From: Hydrolagus affinis
Taxonomy: Eukaryota
Reading direction: 5' to 3'
Length of the DNA stretch: 64,000 nucleotides
NCBI GenBank assembly: GCA_012026655.1
Contig: JAAILG010000360.1
Span: 1-64,000, forward strand
A model generated the notes under the pieces. That model ran no database searches, was not told where the DNA came from, and worked only from the letters and a program-made list of their open reading frames with translations. The stretch's first letter is position 1, and each line of letters starts with the position of its first letter. Positions 1 through 11,902 of this stretch are shown here, one piece after another. Both the position numbers and the translations under genes were made by a program.

Positions 1-137
1 AGTGTGCCCGTATATCGATTTTTACCTCGATATATCGTTTTTTCGATTTATCGATATTTTTAAAATCACCATATTGGCATATCGATTTGAAAATCATATC
101 GGGTTTTAGCGATATATCGAAAAATCGCCGGACCCTA
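1..137. mobile_element. Right end of a non-autonomous hAT-like MITE (truncated by window start)
   Basis: Dense CGATAT/ATATCG subterminal repeats ending in ...CGCCGGACCCTA (reverse complement TAGGG..., a typical hAT terminus). Confidence 0.5.
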
Positions 138-169
138 GTGGGTACCAATTTATAGTGAAACAAAAAGAG

Positions 170-295
170 AAATCGTTGGGAACACTCAGCAGGTCAGGCA
201 GCATCGGTGGAGAAAGGAAAGTGAATCAACCTTTTGGGTCCACAATCCTTTGTCACAACTCAAATCTGTTTCAGATTTGCAGTATTTTGTGTTTT
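170..295. mobile_element. Penelope-like retroelement remnant
   Basis: GGAACACTCAGCAGGTCAGGCAGCATC..TGGAGAAAGGAAA..TTTTGGGTCCAC is shared with 4462-4580 and resembles the abundant chondrichthyan Penelope-type repeat (from recall). Confidence 0.5.
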
Positions 296-1418
296 TGTTT
301 ACCAATTTGTGGTGGACAGACAGTGACCAAATTTCCATTCCTAGCTAAGCCTCTGTACTTCTCAATCCAGCTCTCTTCCCATCGCTCCCTTTACTACCTC
401 AGCAACAGGTGGGCCTAGGTGCTAATTGGCTATGTCCCACCTGTGGCTACACCTCTTAGTTTGAACCCTCACTGGGTGGATGAAAGGTACTCCCTCCAAG
501 CTTTTACTTTGTATTGAGACAATGGTTCAAAAAATGTGAAAGCATTAAGTCATCTCTTTCAAAAAGAGCATTTAGAATAATCATCCATGTTTAATTTTCT
601 TTGCCTTATCAATTATGTTACTAGTGTCATTTAGGCCAGTGCAGGTACAAGTTACAAATCATACAGGGAACCCTAATGAATCACTACATGAAACAATCAT
701 TTAAACTCTCCGTTTGATCTTTGTGTCTGATGTTACAAACTGAACTACTGTCACAATGGCTTATTAATGCACTGTGGCACACTTGGTAGGTAGGAACGAA
801 CTAGAACAAATTGTATTTATATAGTGCCTTTCACTTCGGGATGATGTCCAACAGCTCTGATAAATACTGCTTTTTCCCCACCAGAACAGCCCTATCATGG
901 CTCTGTTATCAGCAAAAGGTTTCTTTATTGGGAGAAACTATTGAGAGCAAGTCTCGCTGGGCCATTAACATCCAACTTGGCAGGGGTCTGGAACCAAGTT
1001 TCCCATCTCTTCTTTTAGGGGCTTCTGTATTCCATGTAGTCATTTGAAATTAGCTTGAAAATTAGTTTAAAAGTAAACGCCTGTTTTATAGCAATTGCTG
1101 CACTCAATTCCAGTTACTGCATTTAATATGCAGTAATTAATTGGATGAAGAATATCCCAAGCTAACTCATGAATTGGAAGAGGTTTTGATTAATGTTTCC
1201 ATTTTTGGCACCAGATGCAGCGAGAAAAACATCTTTGAGATAGATATGTAAGGAATAACTTAGCGATGGATAACTGAGTCTGCCATCTGTGGGGTGATTT
1301 ATGCAACTGAGCAATTGAGTCACTGCACAGTGTGTGTTCATTTTTGTTTCTACATGTTGGTGTCATGCTTCAGTACATTTTTAATCTGCTGGAAAAAAAA
1401 AAATATTTCAGCATTATA

Positions 1419-2146
1419 CAGTAGAAGCCCATTTATCCATGACTCGATAAACCGGCACTTCCGTATAACTGGCACGCCAAAAAAAAGTCTCCATTCGATA
1501 AACCGGAACATCCAGAACAATAGCGGTGGAGCATTTGTAAATGCATAAATAATAACAGAATAACAGAATATTGTATTGGTACTTATTGTTAAAATTACTC
1601 TCTTGCGCTTCTCATCTTTCTGGTAGATGCTGCGCTTGAAGCCATGATGCTGCGGTTGAGGTTTATAGTCCAGCGATTCTTTTTAAAATGGAGTACGCCA
1701 AGCGGATGAAAAAAACGGAGCACGACTTTAAAGCCATAGTAGCAGCAAGCCGATAACGCTAGCCGATAACCCACATTGTTGCGCAGGTGCAGTATTTTGG
1801 TTTGCCGCTAGTAGAGTCTAGGGCTATCGGCTTGCTGCTAGTAAAGTCGCGCGACTTTAAAATCGTGCTGCCGTTTTTTTCACCCACTTGGCGTCCTCCA
1901 TTTAAAAAAGAATCGCTGGACTGTAAACCTCAATCAGTAAAGGTGAGAAGTGCAAGAGAGTAGTTTTAACAATAAGTACCAATACAATATTCTGTTATTA
2001 TTTAGTCTGGTGTGTATGGTGTGTGTTAAAAGAACTTTAATTTCTTTTGTAGTGGGTTTTCAGCCGCAGGCCGCCCGAATATCCGGCAGGCGCTTTAACC
2101 GGCATTGGCCAAATCCTGCGGATGCCAGATAAATGGACTTTTACTG
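1419..2146. mobile_element. Non-autonomous Tc1/mariner-pogo (Tigger-like) element, copy 1, with internal foldback
   Basis: TIRs CAGTAGAAGCCCATTTATC / GATAAATGGACTTTTACTG, TA on both flanks, near-identical to 8050-8789. Confidence 0.85.
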
Positions 2147-2221
2147 TACCAATTTAATTTGGTGCATAGTTAAAATTGTTGCACTTTTTTGTATTAAAAT
2201 GTAATGTACATTTTTCTGTAG

Positions 2222-2274
2222 GAAACTGATGACTACAGGTATTTTGATCCAAAGATGCTTCGTGGTAGCGAGAG
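2222..2274 (+). CDS. SCFD1: SCFD1 (Sly1, Sec1 family) internal exon ETDDYRYFDPKMLRGSE(S)
   Basis: AG/GT boundaries, 53 nt, phase 0 to 2; peptide matches the SCFD1 C-terminal region. Confidence 0.95.
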
Positions 2275-2509
2275 GTAAGTTGAGCATTTGCTTCACCGTC
2301 AGCAAATGTACATGGAATCTAAAAGCATAAATATAAGATCTTATAATAAATCTTATGCATGAAGCGAATCGACACTGTCGGGAGCTAAGTAAAAAATTAT
2401 TAAATACCAACCTCGCTAATACAAATTTTACCTATTTTAGAATGAGAGTTGGGTATACTGTCGGATTTTCACAATATTCAATATAAAAATGCATAATTTA
2501 CAATTGCAA

Positions 2510-2800
2510 ATAATAATAATAAGTGCATTTTACATTTTCTAGACTTCTTAAAGCACTTCACAGGACATTTCTGTAAAGTGAATTGACTGTAAATTTGTGG
2601 ATGAAATGTGGCAGCCAATTGCACACAGCAGTGTCCCACAAACAGTTGTGAAATTACCAAATTTTTTTTGAGGGATTAGTATCAGTCGTGTGGAGTAAGG
2701 AAATTTACCCGAGGTTTCTCTTATTGGAATTGAACCCAGGTCTCTCGCTTGCAAGGCGAGTGCTCGAAGGTGCTCTCTCGCTTGCAAGGCGAGTGCTCCA
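2510..2800 (-). mobile_element. tRNA-derived DeuSINE-like element
   Basis: Deu-like core (TTTGTGGGACACTGCTGTGTGCAATTGGCTGCC on -) plus tRNA-like head; anticodon-arm segment is tandemly duplicated at ~2741-2799. Confidence 0.8.
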
Positions 2801-3409
2801 GTTTTTTTATATAAATAAAAAACACACACCATACAATACATATTGTGTACATATTATGTATAGACCCACACAGTACCTATTATCTTACACATACCATACA
2901 CATATTCACAAATCTACCATCATGATTTTGGCATCATTAAATTTGGCATCATTAAATAATGCTAAGCTTGCAGCTAAGACGGTCCTACTAATAGGGCTTT
3001 GGCTTGCATGGTTAACAGGAGCTGAGTAGGAAAGATTTAAGTCTCTGGAGACATCTATACTGTTCATGTCCTGCTTACAAGCTGGGATGGCTGGTCCTTA
3101 GAGTGCCTTGGAGTACTGCTCGTTTCGGCTAGATGGAAACTTTCTTCTCAATTCTTAGTATTTCTTATAGATGTGGACAAAACATTAAACAAATTAATTT
3201 GCACTTCATGCTCAGATATGAAGGGTAACACAACAGCACAAAACATCTTGAAGTCTTGAGAAGATGATCTTTATTCACTGGTAATTTTGCTAATATAGGA
3301 CACCAAACAAATAAATCCTTTGTTATTTAAGTAAATAATTAGTAGGTTATTTAAGGAGTTGTGCTCATTTGTATTAGGGTACTTTCTTAATAATATAATA
3401 AATCAATAT

Positions 3410-4445
3410 ACTCAGATCAATCCCACTCTCTCCTTATACTCCTTCAAACTTGTCCTCCCCAAATAATTATCTACTCTCTTAAAAGTTGTTATCGAATCGG
3501 CTTCCACCACCCTTTCAGCGAATGCATTCCAGATCCGAACACCTTGCTAATGTAAAAAAAATCTCCTAACCTCGCCTCTATCTCTTTTAACAACTATTTT
3601 AAATCAGTGTCCTCAGGTTACCAACCCACCCACCAGTGGTAATAGTTTCTCTGTGTTCACCCTATCAAATCCTCTCATAATTTTGAAAACTTCTATTAAG
3701 TTTTTATTCTTTACCGTCTCTGCTCCAAGGAGAATAATTCTAGCTTCTCTAGTCTCTCCTGTTTAACTGAAGTCTCATATTCCTGGTTCCATCCTGGTAA
3801 ATCTCCTTTGCACCCTCTCCAATCCCTTATCATCCTTCCTAAAGTGTTGTGCCCAGGACAGAACATAGTACTCTAGCTGAGGCTTAATCAGTATTTTATA
3901 AAGGTTCATCATGACTTGCTGACTTTTGTATTCTATGCCCCTATTTATAATGCCTAATATCCTGTTATGCTTTTTTTTTAACAGCTTTAACTATCTGTTC
4001 CTACCACTTTCAAAGATTACCGACTCCTGGGGGATACCATTGCACACTTCCTTCCAGTCAGAAAAATAGTTCTGTATCCATGCTGCCACTGTCCCTTTAA
4101 TACTATTTTGTTTACCAGTCTCACATGTGGCACTTTGTAAGACACCTTTATAAACTACATCAACTGGACTACCTTTATCCACCCCTTCCATTACTTCATC
4201 AAAAAACACTTATCAAGTTTGTTAGACATGATTTGCCTTTAACAAATTTGTGTGGGCTGTCCTTTATTAACCCATATTCTTCTAAAATTTATTTTGTCCC
4301 GGATTATAGTCTCAAAGTTTCCCCACTGCTGACGTTAAGATGACTGGCCTGTAAATCCCAAGTTTATCCTTCTGCCCCCTTTCTACAGCGGAGTAATATT
4401 TGCAACCCTCCAGTCCTTTGACACCACCCTGGTGTCCAAGAAGGA
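3410..4445 (-). mobile_element. CR1-clade LINE ORF2 fragment (degenerate)
   Basis: Minus-strand ORF 3991-4209 contains FFDEVMEGVDKGSPVDVVY, a CR1 reverse-transcriptase motif; flanks carry CR1 3'-end sequence. Confidence 0.8.
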
Positions 4446-4461
4446 TTGAAAGATCGAAGTT

Positions 4462-4580
4462 CGCTGGAAACCCTCAGCAGATCAGGTAGCATCTATGGAG
4501 AAAGGAAAGCGAGTCAAAGTTTTGGGTCCACGACCCTTCATCAGAACACTGAAGAGTCGTGGACCCAAAACGTTGACTCC
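4462..4580. mobile_element. Penelope-like remnant containing an inverted pair of hammerhead-like motifs
   Basis: Similar to 170-295; 30-bp inverted repeat at 4511-4579 with CTGANGA-stem-(G>A)AAAC motifs. Confidence 0.55.
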
Positions 4581-4876
4581 CTCTGCCTTGCCCCCTTAGG
4601 TGAAAGGCGCTATACAAGTGTAATTTTGTTGTTGTTGTTGCTCATTATTTGACAATAACAACAATAAAATTACATTTGTAAAGTGCCTACCACGTCAGGA
4701 GGATGTCCCGCATAGTCCATATCCATATAAAAGAAGCAAGTGTTCAGATCCGAAAGATTGTAATTTACCATGCCATTTGTTTTCCGACATTAATGTCCAG
4801 GGATTTCATGTGATGCGAGCATTTTGGCATTAACGGTACAAAGTCTGTCAATAATATTATTTACTTCATTTTCCAG

Positions 4877-4910
4877 CACAGTTCCAAGAAGCAAGAATCC
4901 ATTCCAAGAG
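4877..4910 (+). CDS. SCFD1: SCFD1 exon (S)TVPRSKNPFQE
   Basis: ttccag|...GAG|gtaagt, 34 nt, phase 2 to 0. Confidence 0.95.
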
Positions 4911-6724
4911 GTAAGTAGGGTTTTTTGTACATATTGGAAATACTGTAGCATTTTTGCAGATTATCTTAGTTAGCTACGATATGGCACAGGCATTGTGGAC
5001 ATTAGAGAACTATTTTTGAGCTGCCAAAGTTAAACTATCTGATCCACATTGAAAGTATTAAAACTTGAATCACCAGAATCATGTAATAAACAATTTTATG
5101 AAAAGATGTTGATTGTTTCGTAGCTGTGAGCAAATATTGGGTTGTCTGCGTAACCATAATAGCAAAAAACTGTGTCTAATTTTTCCTGAAGCCACTATTT
5201 ATAAAAACATGTTTTATTTGTATGTGTTAAAAGTCCCATCAATCTGTATCAACATTGTATTCAAAATCTATAGTTGGTGTATACTGTTCAATGCCATACT
5301 GTATTATACAGTACAATTTATATAATGGATTTCATGCTGGGAAGACATCTCAAAGTACTTTACACAGCTGACTGGTCACCTGAGCTGGGGTATGGGGAAG
5401 GGAGGAAATGATTGAAAACCTGCTCAAGGGGCTTTGAAAGTGGGAAAGCTGAGCAGAATGGCTGAAAGCTCGCCCTCCAATGGTGGGGCAAAATAAGGCA
5501 GGGGACATGAAGCAGGCCAATGATCACTGAACAAAGCGAGCAGTAAGGTCACAGGAGGTTCAGAGATACATGTGTAATGCCTTAGAGAGATTTAACTGTG
5601 AGGACGAGGATAATGTGACAATGACGATTTGGTAAATCATCACAGATTTGTGATTCTTACTTGGTGAGTTCCTAATGATTGGCCATTCCGTCTGGAAGAA
5701 GTGCTTTCCTGCAGAACAAAAGCATAATTAAATGGGTGAATCACCTTGAGATATTCTTATGCACCTCTACTGGCCCTGATATTATTGTTTTAGCATAGAC
5801 ATACCCATTGAAACATTAGGATTAGGAAGGTTTGCATTTTAGAACCTGGTGCTCGGAATGATCATGTTTTGATATTTCATACCAATAAAATAAAAATTAT
5901 GTTGCACTCATATGAACCACCAAAAGTCAATGAATTAACAAAATCTTGATATCATGTGAACAATCACAGCTATGAATGCACTCTACAAATGTTTCTTATT
6001 CTTGTTTCTTAATGTCAGCGTAATAACTTAAAATATTCCAGTCATGCATGAAATCTGTAATTCACTGCTATAGCTGTCACATATAATAATATAAATATTT
6101 TTGGAACATTTAAGCTGTCACAGAGGAACAACACATTCAATCTCAAATACAGGATGTGGTTTTGGACTGATGTTTCCATTCCATTCTTGCATTCGTGGCA
6201 AAAACTGAAGAGCATTGTTTGGGAGATAGAAGCAGTTGCCTACCACCACCTTATATGGTGCTTGAAATCTACAAAAAATGTAAAGGGAGAAAATAAATGG
6301 CATAGAAAAATAATTTCTGATCATTGAATAGTCTCTTGACTCCCTCCCACGTTGAGAAAGTTCTTGTCTGATCCCTCAGAATTTTGCATACAGGACGAAT
6401 CACACAATGATGCCTTTTAATTCTAGTTCAAATAAAAATATTGATTCCATTCACTCTGATATCTTGAGAAGGGAAAGTAGGTTGCTATAGAGAGATTTAC
6501 TGTACTTGGAATATGAGTCGATCCGAACCTGACTGATATTTTGAAATTATAAAATGTACATGAAATTACCATGTGAAGTAATTCAAATATTACTGAATTA
6601 AAATACTACAAGTTTATTTTCTAGGCAGGAAAATTCTTCTATGAAAAATAAACGTTCCTAGAAGTAAACTGCTTAAATTGATTTGATCGATAAGGATAGT
6701 GGTTTATAGCAGATTTGGGAGCAC

Positions 6725-7087
6725 TAATAATCCTTGCATTTGATATAACACCTCACTGTTATCTTCTAGATGTCTCAAAGCGCTTCACGGAATATACTGT
6801 AAAATGAATTGACTATATTTTGTGGCAGTAAATTCTGCACAACAGTGTCCCACAAACAGTCGTAGAATGAGTGACCCAATTTAAAAAAAAAAATTGTAGG
6901 GATTATTACTTCCGGAAAAGTGATCCCCCAATCGACTAATAACCAGCTTCCTACTTACTGTGAGGTAAACGGCCGTGTGGAGTAAGGAAATTTGCCCAGT
7001 GTTTCTCTCCCTGGGAATCTTAACCCAGGTCCTCTCGCTTGCAAGGCGAGTACTCTAATGCTGTAACCATTAAACTACAGGTCTCCA
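6725..7087 (-). mobile_element. DeuSINE-like tRNA SINE, near full length
   Basis: tRNA head (A/B boxes), Deu core and LINE-like tail with (TTA)n on the minus strand. Confidence 0.85.
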
Positions 7088-7141
7088 CAATAATAGATGT
7101 GCTCCAGAAGATCATTGATTCAGCTTCTATTCATTTTCCAG

Positions 7142-7207
7142 GCCATTGTCTTTGTTGTTGGAGGTGGAAACTACATTGAATATCAGAACCTTGTTGACTA
7201 CACAAAG
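7142..7207 (+). CDS. SCFD1: SCFD1 exon AIVFVVGGGNYIEYQNLVDYTK
   Basis: Sec1-family FVVGG motif, 66 nt, AG/GT boundaries. Confidence 0.97.
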
Positions 7208-7849
7208 GTGAGAAGTCATGTAATGTTAGAAGTTCAGTGTATTGATGTAATTTCAACGTAAATAATGTTTTTATAATTGTTGTCTTTATCTTATTCGGGT
7301 ATAAAGTACACACCTTAATAGAAATAATTAGTGAATGTAATTTCAGAATGCTTGAGTTATGTATGGTCTTATAAATGGAACAGTGTTATAGAATTCAAGC
7401 TCTATCAATAAGTGTATAAAATAACATTATGTTAACCATGATATTGTCCAGAACCATTTATAGTATTGATTGTTTCACAGTGGTATGAAACAGAATGCCT
7501 AACAGTGTTTTAGCTAGGAAATTTACAATTATTGGTGTTGCTATCTAATGGCTAGTGGCTTTGAATTGCTTTTTAATTATCTTTTGTCTCAATCGTCTTT
7601 TGTTAAAAGGAAGGATGCACAAGTGTGGAATAGCATTTAATTATCTTGTCAAATACGGTGATGCATAGATCTGCTTATTTAAGGATTTGGAGCACAATTT
7701 GCAGTCTGCAGAAGTTCAGTTTTACACCCTACTCAGAATAGACTAGAAGAACAATATTTTAGTTGCAATGTAGCGGATAGTGGATAAATCATTCATTTTG
7801 ATAGCCTCCACCAGATGATTGAGTCATGTATTGGGATCAATAATGCCTG

Positions 7850-8046
7850 ATAATCCCTTAAGAAAAAACAATAATAAATTGGTCATTTTAATCCACGACT
7901 GATTGTGGGACACTGTTGTGTACAATTGGCAGCCGCGTTTCACCCACAAATATGCAGCCAATTCAGTTTACAGTATTGTCTGTGAAGCACCTTGAGACGT
8001 CTAAAAGACATGAAAAGCACTATATCAAATGCAACGATTATTATTA
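7850..8046 (+). mobile_element. DeuSINE-like 3' fragment
   Basis: Deu core and tail, directly followed by the Tigger-like element. Confidence 0.75.
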
Positions 8047-8049
8047 GCA

Positions 8050-8789
8050 CAGTAGAAGCCCGTTTATCCGTGACTGGAAGAACCGGCATTTCCGTATAAC
8101 CGGCATGGCAAAAAAAAATTCCCCATTAGATAAACCGGAACTTATCCGGAAAAATAGCAGTGGAGCATTTGTAAATGCATAAATAATAACATAATAACAG
8201 ATATTGCATCAGTACTTATTGTTAGAACTACTCTCTTGCGCTTCTCACCTTTACTAGTAGATGCTGCGCTTGAAGCCTTGATGCTGTGGTTGAGATTTAT
8301 AATCCAGCGATTCTTTTTTAAATGAAGCACGCCAAGCGGGAGAAAAAAACGGAGTGCGACTTTAAAGCCTTACTAGCAGCAAGCCGATAATGATAGCCGA
8401 TAACCCACATTGTCGCGCAAGTACAGTATTTTGGTTTGCCGCTAGTAGAGTCTAGCGCTATCAGCTTCCTGCTGGTAAATTCGCGCGACTTTAAAATCGC
8501 ACTGCCGTTTTTTTCATCCGCTTGGCGTCCTCCATTTAAAAAAGAATCGCTGGACTGTAAACCTCAATCAGTAAAGGTGAGAAGCGCAAGAGGGTAGTTT
8601 TAACAATAAGTTCCAATACAATATTCTGTTATTATCTGTTATTATTTAGTCTGGTGTGTATGGTGTGTGTTAAAAGAACTTTAATTTTTTTGTGATGTGT
8701 TTTCGGCTGCGGGCCGCCCAAATATCTCGCAGGCGCTTTAACCGGCATTGGCCAGGTCCCGCGGGTGCCATATAAATGGGCTTTTACTG
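8050..8789. mobile_element. Non-autonomous Tigger-like element, copy 2, with internal foldback
   Basis: Same TIRs and internal sequence as 1419-2146, same orientation; TA on the right flank, CA on the left. Confidence 0.85.
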
Positions 8790-9057
8790 TATTATTATTG
8801 TTATCAAAATACACACAGATTTTGTGTTTCAATGTATGGGTTTCAATGTATTTTAATGATATTTTTTTTCTGAATACTGTTGAATATACAGTAGTTAGAA
8901 AAGCATAATTTAGTGCCTGCCTTTATATATTTCACCATTAACCAACAATTTAAAACTTTTTCTCACTGTTGCAACTTTTCATTTGCTAACTGCTTGAGCT
9001 ATAATTCCATTTTATGAGACATGGGAAATAAATGAATTTCTTCTGTTATTATTATAG

Positions 9058-9126
9058 AACAAACCAGGTAAACATGTGATCTATGGCTGCAGTGAACTTT
9101 TCAATGCCACCCAGTTCCTAAAACAG
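9058..9126 (+). CDS. SCFD1: SCFD1 exon NKPGKHVIYGCSELFNATQFLKQ
   Basis: 69 nt, AG/GT boundaries, matches the SCFD1 YGCSELFNA motif. Confidence 0.96.
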
Positions 9127-10744
9127 GTACCATATTTTGTTTATTTAGTAAGTGATAACATATGGTGCTGAATACAATATCAGACAGAACTGCAGTGTGG
9201 TATTGTATTAGACAGTACTGCAGTGTGGTATTGTATTCACCCTTAACAAAGTACTGTACAGTCATTTATTCTGTCAGTTTTCTCAAAAGTATTCAAAAAT
9301 CTGCATAATATCATCACGTTTAGCCAAATACTGTAAATGCATGACAATACCAGATTGGGCGAATATTAGCTATCCGAGCATATTGTACACTGTCCTTCAT
9401 TGTTCCATTTTTATTTTCTCAGCATTTGCTTCTAAATATGGGAGTTTTTTGTCCTTGATGCAGTTATAAGATACTCCAATTTGCAAAGATCAGCCAGCTT
9501 TCTGTGATTATAAAATAGCTGCCTTTTGGGTCATCCTGTTGTCACTTTTGCTGCACAGATATGTGCAGGAAATGTTGTTGATGTGGGATATCAAGGGACC
9601 TTCCTGCACATAGCTTAAAAGAACTGAAAGTGATGTTAACAACGCTGATTATACAACTTGCGACGTGGCTTCAGTGTCGCTTCCTTTTCAGTGAGCTTCA
9701 TTTTATTCACGGGATCTAAGTATATGGTCCTCAAGCACATATTGTAATGGAGGTCACCCTGTATTTGTATAACAACAACATAATTACATTTGTTTAGCGC
9801 CTTTTACATTGGGAGGATGAATAAGCAGCAAATAATAAAATAAGTAAAGTACTGTACTTGCCTATCAGATTTAACGCAGGGAAGGACTATTGACTTTTAC
9901 CTAGTTTATATTCTGTCTTCCCCACAATACCACACACCCTGACATTGTGTTAAGCTGCCAACATGAAGACTCATTTGTCAGTAATATGCAGCCATTATAA
10001 ATGTCAGACTTGTCTGTATGGCATGATCTCAATTTTTATCAGTCAACCAAGCACACCATTGTGGTGGTGAATTAGATATCACACCATTGTCCCTTCAATA
10101 CAGCCAGTTAATTGGATTTCAGCAGGCCCTGCTGATATTGAAATATGAGCCAATTATGGACTTGCTGGATAAATCTAGGACAAGATTCCAGCCATTTCAA
10201 ATGCTGAACAGTACAAATCTGAATATAAAACTTGTGTCAAGCGAAATCGCACTAGCTATGCACAGCACATTGTACTCTTCCCATTAGCTAGCTCTTACCT
10301 ACCCATTGTGACTCTTCCCTTGAGACAGAGCATGAAACTGATCAAAATTGATTGGGAACTTCTTGTTTCCTAAATAACAGGTCTTCTGAGCGAAATAATT
10401 TTAGTCAGTATTAATTCAATTTCTGCCAACAAAGGCTGCACACTATCCTATGTCAAATAAATGTCACTTCTGCTCAAATGATAATAGTTTATTTTATTAA
10501 TTCATCAGTTGAAGAAAAACAAATTATTTTCTGCTGGATTTGTACTGTGCAATGTAGAAATCAGTATTAGTATTCATCAGGGACCTTATTTCCATCTGCA
10601 TTGACATCCCATTGCTGACAAGAGGATAAAAAAGAAAAACAGAGATTTGTGAAAGGCTTAAATGGGAACAATCAGATAGCTTCCCAGTGTTAATTACAGC
10701 ATCATTGGCATCCACTGTCTAACTACTTCTTCTTCTGTCCTTAG

Positions 10745-10771
10745 TTGTCACAACTTGGATCTCAAGGCTGA
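10745..10771 (+). CDS. SCFD1: SCFD1 terminal coding exon LSQLGSQG*
   Basis: Pyrimidine tract + ttag| TTG TCA CAA CTT GGA TCT CAA GGC TGA; human SCFD1 ends LSQLGQK (from recall). Confidence 0.92.
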   Translation: MSQLGSQG

Positions 10772-10992
10772 TGCACCTATAGTCTCCCTGCATACATCTT
10801 CATTACAAGGTGAGAAGAATACAGTGAAGGCACATCCAATACATCAATATCACCTTTTCTTTACATAGTGCTCCATGTGATTTCTTGTAATATTATAACT
10901 CATGCAATTCCATTTATTTGATAACTCTTTGGGTGTAATTTTGGTAATTTTTAACACCAACCTGTACATCATGTAACTGTACACATAGTTCA

Positions 10993-10998
10993 AATAAA
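10993..10998 (+). terminator. Candidate SCFD1 polyadenylation signal AATAAA
   Basis: First AATAAA, ~220 nt after the stop codon. Confidence 0.55.
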
Positions 10999-11145
10999 TC
11001 TTTTAAAAAATTAAAATTTGTGGCATTAAATGAAGTTATTTATCCTAATGGGGGAATGCAATATTTAAATATATCATATTGACAAAATAAACTTGTTAAA
11101 TCAGACCATTAAACAAAGAAATGCAATATTGAGCACACCTTAATA

Positions 11146-11902
11146 CAGTAAAAGCCCGTTTATCCATGATCCGATCAACCGTAAGTTCCGTATAACCGGC
11201 AGAGGAAAAAAAAGGGTCCCCAGTCGAATAACTGGAATTTATCCGGTATCCCTTTGCGTCAGTATTTTGGAATGCTGCTACTAGGTGCCTGAAGGTGGCG
11301 CGACCTCAGAATGCTGCCGGTACTCAGCAGTAGAAAGGCAGAGAGAGAGAGAGACATGGTGAGTTGATTAATTTGGATGGAAAATGGGAGTAGCCACAAA
11401 GCAACGAAACACATACCCACCCTGAGCAAAGCTTGCAGATCAATGCATTGGCTTTTATTTTAATTAAAAAAAGACTCATCCCTGCAATGCCCTATCTGCT
11501 CATTTTACAGAGTGCAGTGTTTCAAGTTAGTGCACACACACACACACAAACACACACACAGACATCCCAAGGCTTTTTAGAAAGAATGTTAACTGAACTC
11601 AGCGGCCGCAGCTTACTCATCCTTCTCAATAACCCAAGCTTTCCTCTCTTCTGCCGTGTCAGAACAGTGTCATTCAGACGTGTAACTTTCGCACTAGTTT
11701 AAGGATCTCTCTGAACTGCCTGGTCGTGGTGTGTAAAAATATTATTATTTATATATTATATAAATGATCATTTAGTCTATTATTAACATGCTATGTTTTT
11801 AAAAAAAATTTAAATTAAAAAAAAATTATGTTGGATTTTCGGCCGAATATCTGGCAGGCGCTGGCCAGGTCCTGAGGGTGCCGGATAAACTGGCTTTTAC
11901 TG
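11146..11902. mobile_element. Tigger-like non-autonomous element, copy 3 (same ends, different interior)
   Basis: TA|CAGTAAAAGCCCGTTTATCC ... GGATAAACTGGCTTTTACTG|TA; subterminal sequence is shared with copies 1 and 2 but the long internal palindrome is absent. Confidence 0.8.
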
